A stretch of DNA of 52,291 nt, the filler included, from Jimgerdemannia flammicorona (taxonomy: Eukaryota), in the NCBI GenBank assembly GCA_003990765.1. It is 2 parts of 2 records of this genome, joined end to end, with 100 filler letters (N's around TTAATTAATTAA, not from the genome) between each part and the next. Parts side by side here need not be neighbours in the genome. Positions count along the whole stretch, not along the records: positions 26,200 to 52,291 come from RBNJ01000763.1; 1 more part is not named here. One strand, 5' to 3'. Position numbers and translations under genes: made by a program. Below are positions 42,788-52,291 of this stretch, one piece after another (position 1 is the first letter of the stretch; each line of letters opens with the position of its first letter). Under the pieces are notes generated by a model. That model saw only the letters and a program-made list of their open reading frames with translations, was not told the DNA's origin and searched no databases.

Positions 42788-45700
42788 ACTTAGTGCCCAT
42801 TGGCTAGAGATTCAAGATAAATCCCTCACTTTCAAGCTAAAAAATGAACAATCACCACAATAACTACTCTGACTACAAGAGTCACCCCTGCAAGAATTTA
42901 AGATAAAATAGAAATATATTCTCCTATATTCTATAGATATACTACTGAAGAGTCAATCCTGACCTTCATAGAAGACTTTGAATAATTTGCCACTGTATGA
43001 GTCCTCAATGTGAATGCACAATTGACCCTTCTACTAGTCAGCCTCAGAGGACTTGCCAGAGATAAGTTCAATACAACTACTATTGCTGATACTGGTGCAG
43101 CCAGACTTGCTAATATGAAGACCTTCTTTAGAACTATATACTATACCAAAGAGATCAAGCAAGCTCTCAAGGATCAACTCAACACTATCTACCAGAGACT
43201 TAGTGAAGATTCCAACTCATTTTATATCCAAATCTATCACCAGATTATCTTGGCTAACTATGATGACTGTCTTAAGGAACAAATAGCAGATTCAACCTTC
43301 CTCAAAAGAGTTTACCCTGAAATTGTCCTAGCAATCTGGTCTACTCCAGCTATACTGACCCTTGATCAGAAAGTGGTCTTTGCACAGAGATATTGAACCA
43401 CCAGACACTATACTGAATACTCAATAGAGAAAATAACTAGCATCAAGATAGAGCCATCAAAGCCAACTAGTATCATACCCACTATAGTTGTAAACAGACA
43501 ACCATCCCCATCTATCCCTAAGACAGCCAAAGCTGACCCAGTGGAGGAACTTGCCAAGCAGTTTGCTGAGATGACTACACACTTTGATGATGTTGTTAAA
43601 GAAGTCTAAAGTACCAACAGGAGACCAGTACAGAGATTTGCAGCTGCTACAGAAGAATACAATATTATATGCTTCGGATGTGGAGAAGAAGGCCACTATA
43701 CAAAGAGTTGCATAACTGAAACAAGATACAAAGCTCAACTAAGTAATACAATCAGAACTAGAGAATAAATCAATACAGTAGTCATCAAGGAGATCAGTGA
43801 TACTGATGATGAAAAATACTATAAAGAGCTCGAATTTTACCCTGCTACTGAAGGTACCAGAACCTGGTTCAAGCCCTATGACAAGAAGAGCAACAGCAAG
43901 CCAGTTAGAAGACTAAAGAAGACCCCAGCTGTCACTATCTAAAGTAAGACCCAACCTGAGAAGATTGATCAAGATATGGAGTTAGATAAAGCTGCTCACC
44001 AAATCATTGAAGACACTACTCTAGTCTCAGAAGAAAGTAAAAGCAAGAAGGAACAGAAGCTATGTAAGACCAAGATCTACCAGTATGATATTTACAAGGA
44101 TCTCAAGGAACAGAAGGTCAATACTACTTTTGGACAGCTAGCCAAAGTTCTTGCCTTTAGACAGCAGTCAAGAGTAGGACTTGCAACTATTGCTAAGAAT
44201 CAAGAGTACAAGATTGTAGAAGCTTACAATATATAGGAAGAATTCAAAGACTCAGACAAAGAATCCAAAGACCAGCACAAGACATCAGCCTATACTCTAT
44301 ATCAGATTGAAGATTGTATCTTTGATGCCATCATTAATACTGGTGCTGGAGAATGTCTTATAAGCAAGAAGACAATTGACTGTCTAGGATGGAATATTGA
44401 AGAGTCTACCAAGATAGTCTATGTTACAGCAGATGATACATGAGCTACCCCCTTTTGAAAAATCTGAGAAGTCCCTATCAAGATAGGAGGAGCTACCATT
44501 CCAGTAGATGTGATTGTTACAAGTGCTACCAACTATGACATTCTCATTGACAACCAATGGCTTCACAAGGCCAAGGCCATCATTGACCTCAGTGTCCAGA
44601 AGATGGAGATTAACTATAGAGAAAGAAAGGTATGAGTCTCTATCAATGTCTACAAAGGAGTTCTACCAGACATGGAGGAAGTAGATAAAGAGGACACAGA
44701 AGTCTTTATGCACTTGGTGAACAAGAACAAGAACAAGACACCCAAGCTTACAGATGAGCAATAGTACAATAAGATCATTGATGACTATACCCCTTAAGAA
44801 AGATGCCTCTATGATACTAGCATGTACTGCTCTGAACACCTAAATAACTGCTAGTTCTGTATTAGTGAAGTCAGGAAAATCTGCCAACAGAAGTATGAGC
44901 AAGAAGCTACTGAAGCAAAAAAGAAAGTCAAAGAAGATGACCAGTCTCCAGAGCTTCAATCTAATAGTAATGATGAGGAGGAACAAGAACCAGACATCAC
45001 CCTCAAGATTAAGAAGTTTTACCCTAAAGCCAAGATCCTAGAATATAATACTAAAGGAGCCATAGGAATGGACCTTGCTAGTATTCAAGATGCTATCCTC
45101 AAACTACAGACCACTACTCTACTTGGCATCAGAATTAGAGTCAAGTTGCCAGAGAACTGTACCAGAATTATCAAGACCAGGAGCAGTCTGGCCAAAAGTA
45201 AAATCTCAGTTGAAGGAGGAGTAATTGACTCTGATTATACTAGCAAGATCTTTATCATAGTCAGGAATCACAATCCCATTACCTCATTCAAAGTCATGAA
45301 GTATGACAGAATTAGCCAGATGCTGATCTATGAAATCAAGAAGCCTAAGATCACTAAAGCCATTGAACTCATCAAGACCAAGAGAGGAGAACAAGACTTT
45401 AGATATACTGAAAGAGGAGCCTATACTGCTACTAAGATTACTGAACTTGAGCATAAGAAAGATAAGGATCAGAACAAGCACACATATATCATTGGAGAAA
45501 ACTTTCCTATAGAAGAACAATTTCTCAAGATCCTGCATCAGAATGAAGAAGCACTTGCTACAGACTTCAGGGATATCTACAATCAAGAACCCAAGTACTA
45601 TCATGAAGTTGACACTAGCAATACCAAGCCCATCTACCAGAAAGCCAGACCTATACCATCTGCCTACAGAGAATAGCTACAAGCAGAACTCAAGGAAATG

Positions 45701-48436
45701 GAAGAAGCCAGAATCATCAAGCAAGCTATTAGTCCCTGGGCTTCACTCATTATCCTCACTCCAAAGAAAGAAAGCAAGCCTGGAGAGTTTTCCCCAAGAC
45801 TCTACATTGACTACAGAAAGCTCAATATAATCACCAAGAAGGATAGGCAGCTCTTGCCAAATATTCAAGAAATCCTTACCACTCTTGGAAGTGAAGCCAA
45901 ATACTATACTACCTTGGATCTATTCTCAGGCTTCTATCAGATTAGTCTCACTCAAGATGCCAGTAAGTAATCAGTCTTCATCACACCTGATACCATCTAT
46001 ATCTATCTGCAAATGCTATTTGGAATATACAATGCCCCAGTAAGTTTTCAGCAAATAATGAATAGAGTCTTCAGCAATGAAATTGAAAAATAGCTCTTTG
46101 TCTATATTGATAATATGATCATCTTTAGCAATACTGCACAGAAATATATCAACTATATACAGCTAGCCCTCAAGAAGCTCAAGAAGTATGACCTCTACAT
46201 CAAGCCTAAGAAGTGCAAGTTTGCAGCTCAGGAAATTGCCTATCTAGGACACCTCATCAACCAGACCAGAATTCACACAGACCCTATGAAGATTGAGGCT
46301 GTTGCAGTCTACCCAAGACCCAGAATAACCACAGAAGTCTATACCTTCTTTGGACTGACCTCTTACTATAGAAGATTCACCAAAGGATAATCTAACATTA
46401 TAGCACCAATCTACAAGCTACTGAAGAAGGAGACCAAATTTGAATGGACCAAGAAATACCAAAAAATCTTCAATGAACTCAAGATCAGATTGAGCCAAAC
46501 ATCTATCTACAGAAGATCAAATTGGAACCTAGAGTTTATTCTGCAGACAGATATAAGTACTATAGGACTTAGAGTAGTCTTAGCTCAGAAAAAAGATGGA
46601 CATGAATATGTCATCTCTTATATAAGCTCAAATGCTTAGCAGTTTGGACAGTAGATAAGTTCCACTACTACCTAGCTAGAAAACACTTCACTATTCAAAC
46701 AGACCATTCCACTCTTGTCTGGTTATTTGACACTCTGAACCCCAAAGAAATATATACCAGATAGATCTACAGACTATAAGAGTATGACTGTACTGTCAAG
46801 CACTGCTCAGGAAGAACTAACACCAATGCTGATACACTCTCAAGGATACCCCAAAACACCCCCATCAAGACTATTCAACATGAATAAGGAGTTATACTAT
46901 GGATTAATTAGCTATCTTGAGTAGCAGAAATGCTCAACCACCTTGAACTCTGGATAATCACCATCATCAACCAGACTTGGAAACAGTTTGAACTAGACAA
47001 CACTATACTCAGAAAAGGAGGAGAGCTTATAATACCCAAATACAAGAAGTATTAAGTAATGAAGTAAGTACATGACTAAGAATATCTAGGAGAAATCAAT
47101 ACATATGATAAGACAAGAAAAACCATATGGTGGCCCAAGATGGAAGAAGATCTGCACCAATTTGTCAAAGAGTGTGACAAGTGCCAAAAACAGAAACAAG
47201 ATCAGCAAGACCAAGCACTTGGGTCATCAAGAATTGAGCCTATTCCCTTTCACCATATTGCAATGGATATCATTGAGTCACTATCAGTAATACCATCAGA
47301 AAACTACTACATTATAGTTATTGTAGACCTCTTTACCAAATGGATAGAAGCAGGAGTATTACAAGCCAATGCTCTCTCTATAGCTAACTTCCTGCACCAA
47401 GAAATCATCTGCCACTACAAGATACCAAAGCAAATCACTACAGACTATAGTATAGAATTTGTCAATAGATTCCACAAGATAATATATCAGAAATACAAGA
47501 TTCAGCACATCAAGACCACTATGTACTACCCTCAAGGAAATAAATAGACAGAGAGAACTAATAAGACCCTCAAGAACATCCTGATAAAGATCTCAGATAC
47601 ATATGAGAATTGGGATAACTACCTCCCAACTGTCCTCTCTATCTTATGAGATATATGGTCACAGAGTACACACTTTACCCCAAGAGAACTGCTCTTCAGA
47701 AAAGAAGATTCCAATGGAATCTCAGCTACAAATTTAGACCTAACTTAGAGACAAGTTGACTCAGAAATCTGGAGACTATACTAAATTAGGAAGAAGGCTG
47801 AAGATTACATCATCAAGTCACAAGCACTGATGAGAAAGAATGCAGAAAAGAATTACAAGACCCTAGAACCTATCCAAATCAGAGAAAAGATCCTACTATA
47901 TTAAAATATAGTAAAAGCCTCATGATTACAAAAACTGGAGCCCAAATAAGAAGGACCCTTCTATGTACAAAATATCAAGGGAACTATCTTCTGACTTAGA
48001 AAACTCACAGGTACTATACTGCCTACCATGGTACATAGGAACAGACTTAAGAAGTACTATGAACCTATACAAGAGAAGCAAAATATGATAACTACCCATG
48101 AGGTTCTAGTCTGCAAATCATAATAGCATGTCCCATGACTAGCAAGCAATCTGTCTAGATCATTCTCTAAGAGATATGGCACCAGTAACTACTCATTCAT
48201 GAGACATTTAAAGCCAGAGGAGTTTGAACCATCAACTGATTGATCAAGATCAGAATCAGGCCCTTACTCTATATAAAGAGAGCAACTCTTCACCATTATG
48301 CCAAAATATATAGGGAAGATGCTAGTCTATAAATACCACTTTTCAACCTCCTGCCAGAGGTTATGAGATCAGTAAATTTTTCAGAACTGGACTAATGAAT
48401 AAGAATGCTCAAAAAGATCATTATTCAGAAGAAATA

Positions 48437-49972
48437 TATAATGGTGACCTCAGAATAATGATATTAGCACAGGAGACAGCCTTCTTTATAAGTCACCAGA
48501 TCAGAAGAAGATCATATAGCATGACTCACCCAGGCTATAAGATGAGTAATGATGACCAACTATGAGTCATTGTGACTACAGTATAGATATCTTGAGGAAT
48601 ATAAAAGAAGGATCAAAGAACTATAGTAGCAGCAACTCAATAAGACCCACTAATCCCAAAATAGCTCAAAGACTTACTATAAATGAAATGCCTACTGCTT
48701 GCCAAACCTCAAGGTCAAGGAACCACCAAAGCCTCTCAGTTAAAGAAAGAATATTCCAAGACATCAGAAGAGCCAAGAGAACCTATATAAAAAGGACTTC
48801 TAGCCTCAACCTAAGTACTGGGAATCCTTATCACTTTATCCTCTACTGCTGTAAAATGGGAACAAGGATCACTATTGCTACTAAATGCCTCCAAATATGA
48901 TAGGAGTACAAAATAGGAAACCTTCTCTGCTGGGAGTTTCCACAGACCAGCCCTCAAGAGTTATAAGATACCACTTCCATGGATATATATAAAACAAGAA
49001 TAACTAAGAAGATTTATCAGATCTTCAGGCATGCACTATAGTTGATCTCCAACTTAGAGTATACTAGAGTCACAGACTTCAGAGATCTGTTAGTCTACTA
49101 TATCAATATACTAGAAGCCAGAGTGGCAACAGAAGCTCAGTTCACTATCATCCTTAATAATGATGAGATAGAAGAGTTCTGATATCCCATCCTCCAGAAT
49201 AACCCAGATTAATTTATACAAGGATTAATCTCTGCATTCCAAGACCCTAGCATTTAGGTCAGATCTCCTCAAGACCCTACATTTGTTCTTTATTTTGTAG
49301 AAGAGAACCTCATAGATTGGAGAGCCCCTGATTTCCCCACTACCAAATATGATGATGTCATTGGTAATAATGTCATCTCATGTAATATATGTGAAATATA
49401 TAATAAAACTGATCTCATCTCCATTGAAGACATTCTGATCTCTGATGAAGATAAAGCCCCCATGGTCTTGAACATTCTGCTCTAAGTTCCTTAGTTATAC
49501 TGAATTATACTGGCATTCTTTTCCTGTGTAACAGCTATTCCTCTACTGGTATTCTGACCTTATGTAACTCAGAATTATTTTTCTATATTACTAAAAGTAT
49601 ATCAGTATCCTGAACCTGTATAATCATCTATACCAACACTAGAACTTGGCAGTTTTCTATGTTCCAGTATTTTATTTGGTTATTGTAATTTATATTTAGC
49701 TTTATATCTTAGCAATTATTGAATTATATTTTGTATAAATATCTCTCTTATTTTCTTCAAAATAAAGTCAGTCAAGTTCACTTACTCTCAATTCCTTGCA
49801 AAGCAATCTAAGAGATAATAAGACAGTTTAAAAATAAGAAGTTTGAGGACTATAAGACCTTGGTAAGGTACTCCAATAAGAACTTACTTATAATAAACTT
49901 GTGGTTAGTCTAAGAGATATACCTTGAAGAGAATTTGATATATTTGAAGGACTCAGAAAATACTATATGACA
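48437..49972 (+). repeat. Gypsy-C 3' LTR
   Basis: tataatggtgacc...ctatatgaca; direct repeat of 41243-42787. Confidence 0.9.
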
Positions 49973-51286
49973 CTATATACTATATCAAGTATATCAGATA
50001 ATCAAAACTATTCTACTATACTAACTTATATAAATAATTCAGATAACTAAAGAAGAAAATATTACTGATAACCAAGATCACTCTAATCTTGAAGGTTACT
50101 TTAACTCTAAAGATTATTCTGATAGTGAAGATCTACTTCTTTCTATAAATAGTAATCTATAGTTAGCCACATAGTAACCAGATAGTAATTATAATTATAT
50201 AAAATATCTCAGAGATAAAAGTGAATAAACATTAGGTTAAAATTAAATCCAAAAGTAAAAGATAAATCTATCTACTATACTTCAAGAGATATATCTACCA
50301 AAAGCCACTTAATTCTAAAGAAAAAATATTATAGTACTTAAGAGAAATACTCTTTCTAATGCTATATTTAGGAAATTGTGAGCTCAATATCTGATTTGTA
50401 CTCTAGTCTACTTTTTATATAAAAAGTTTAGTATTTAAAAATAAATCCACTACTTAAAAAAAAGCTATCATAGAGATCTTACTATAAAACTAGTCTATTT
50501 GATATAATGTTACAGAAACTCATTCATATAAATAAAGTCAGTCTTTGATATAACTTTGTTTAAGAACTCACTATTTGAGAAATCTACTATATTTTAGTAT
50601 ACTTGCTAGATAAAGCCAGAAGCCTGTTAATTTAGAAATAATCTATACTATCTAAGCTATCCAAGTTATCTGAGTTATCTATCAAATTAAGTTATTTAAA
50701 AAGTCTGCTAATTCAGAAAAATCCATATCATCTACTAAAACTAAGTTATTTGTCAAAACTATTACTTATTATGGAAACTGTCAAATTTACTATACTATAT
50801 CAAATTACTATAATTATTATATAGAAATTATATAAAAAATTCTCTTATACTATATAGAGATCATCTATTACTTAGGACTATCTCATATAAGGAAACTTAC
50901 TCATACTATATATAAATTACTACTTACTTCTAAGAACTGTCTAAATAAGAAAATTACTAGAATTAATTACTATATCTAGATTTAACTATTATACTGCTAA
51001 ATACTAATAAAAATATTAGAAATTATAGAATATTTTGTTACTTTTGACAAAATAACTGAAAGTTTAAGTAAAACTATATAATATCCAATTTGAAGTAATA
51101 CCTTCATATTCTTCCACTCCTCACCTCTTGAGTAGAACCTAATCTTCTGATTATCTATTGCTAGCCTGCCCCAATCTCTTTCTTAGCTCTATAAGACAGT
51201 ATCTCCACCAGCCCCTAAGAGCCTTCAGCCATTACTAAAAGTCCATCAACCTCAGACTCCTATCAGTAATCTGCAGTACTAATAAC

Positions 51287-51709
51287 TAGTGCTCCCAATG
51301 AATCAAATCAAATCGAATTTGGCCCAAACTCAATTTGATTCGATCAAATCAAGGGTCTAATTCAATTCGATTCAAATCGAATCAAAGGTTCAATTTGATT
51401 CAAAGTTCGATTTAAACCTTAATTTTCAAAATGTAATAACTCAATGAAAACTCATCTAAATTTAACATATTTTAGCTTGTTAGATTTACCATATTAATGT
51501 GATTCTAACAAGCTAAAGTACATTAGATTTGGATGAGTGTATGCTGAGTTATTGCATTTTGAAAATTAGGGTTCAAATCAGACCCTCAATTCGATTCAAC
51601 TTTTAATTCAATTCAAATTGATTCGAATTGAAAAATCCACAATTTGATTGACTTATTTAACCCTCAATTCGATTTGATTCGAATTGATTCAACTTGTTTG
51701 GGAGTACTA
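51287..51709. mobile_element. hAT-superfamily MITE (423 bp)
   Basis: TIR TAGTGCTCCCAA / TTGGGAGTACTA (11/12 match), 8-bp TSD CTAATAAC (51279-51286, 51710-51717), subterminal ATTCG/CGAAT-type pentamer arrays. Confidence 0.92.
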
Positions 51710-52054
51710 CTAATAACTCTCATCCAATCTATAGCTATCTCTCTTATCAAAGCTATTATTCAATAGCCTTTTTCAACTGCCACACTACCTACTCAGGAAA
51801 GTCTAAATAATATCTCAGATATCATAACTTCAGAAATCAGTATATGTACATTTAGAACTACTACTCTTCCTATTAGAGAGAAGTTATATCCAGACCAACT
51901 CATCAATACACCCTCTTACTTCTGTACTATCCCATACCATCACTCTCTTGATAGAACTATTCTAAATACTAAAAACTAAATATTCAGATATCTGACAGTC
52001 TCTTTAGCAGATATGGCTCATCTTTGGTCTCCTAACCTAGTATCAAGCTCTAAA

Positions 52055-52291
52055 TTTTCAGGGAGCTGGGACTTTCGGCTGGCAGGAGGTGGGAAGGGGT
52101 TTTGGCCTGGGGATGGGGGCCTTTGGAGGATCGAAAGGTGGGGAGGGCTCTGGAGGTGGACCGGTGTTGGGTGGCAACAGGGGAAGGGCTGGCCCCTCTA
52201 GCTTTGCTGACAAAGTGAAGGAGAGTGGATGGCCAGTTGGAGACAGGGCTAGAGACAGGGCTGGTGCTGCTGTGGGGAAGGGCAAGGCGAG
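52055..52291 (+). mobile_element. N-terminal part of another LINE ORF1, running out of the window
   Basis: GTFGWQEVGR..SFADKVK aligns with LINE-B ORF1 GAFGWQQVGR..TFADKVK. Confidence 0.75.

Larger units (their letters stand above)
41243..49972 (+). mobile_element. Ty3/Gypsy LTR retrotransposon copy C, full length (~8.7 kb), with dUTPase and ORF3 (48128-49485)
   Basis: LTRs 41243-42787 and 48437-49972; 4-bp TSD CTAT (41239-41242, 49973-49976); gag 43010-43396, dUTPase 45068-, RT 45698-, integrase 47140-47547. Confidence 0.95.

Noticed and set aside
49977..51278. AT-rich stretch after Gypsy-C
   Set aside because: Probably very decayed repeat DNA, but I could not support a family or boundaries

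Overview
Eukaryotic, almost certainly fungal, sequence, judged from spliceosomal GTAAGT..CTAAY..YAG introns and a Zn(II)2Cys6-like motif. Nearly 90% of the window is nested, decayed transposons or similar AT-rich degenerate DNA: three copies of one dUTPase-encoding Ty3/Gypsy LTR retrotransposon family with ~1.55-kb LTRs (A 4482-19680, B 30306-39123, C 41243-49972), several L1/Tx1-type LINEs, other Gypsy fragments, a hAT-type MITE and a 1.2-kb minisatellite-carrying insertion with a 17-bp target duplication. The older repeats are stripped of CpG and show many CpA->TpA/TpG->TpA changes. One CpG-retaining host island (~19.7-26.1 kb) remains. ORFs that look separate there can be spliced, mostly with canonical in-phase introns, into one NLR-like protein of ~1,800 aa or more: Zn2Cys6 / four 35-aa repeats built from duplicated exon+intron units / CHAT caspase-like protease with His-Cys dyad / STAND NTPase 1 / degenerate Ras-like G-domain / STAND NTPase 2 / SEL1 / ankyrin repeats, cut by an artificial scaffold gap (26100-26199). 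This gene is the top candidate for a new system. Second is a ~450-codon third ORF of the Gypsy family that starts right after pol and runs deep into the 3' LTR. All calls are by eye; no searches were run.
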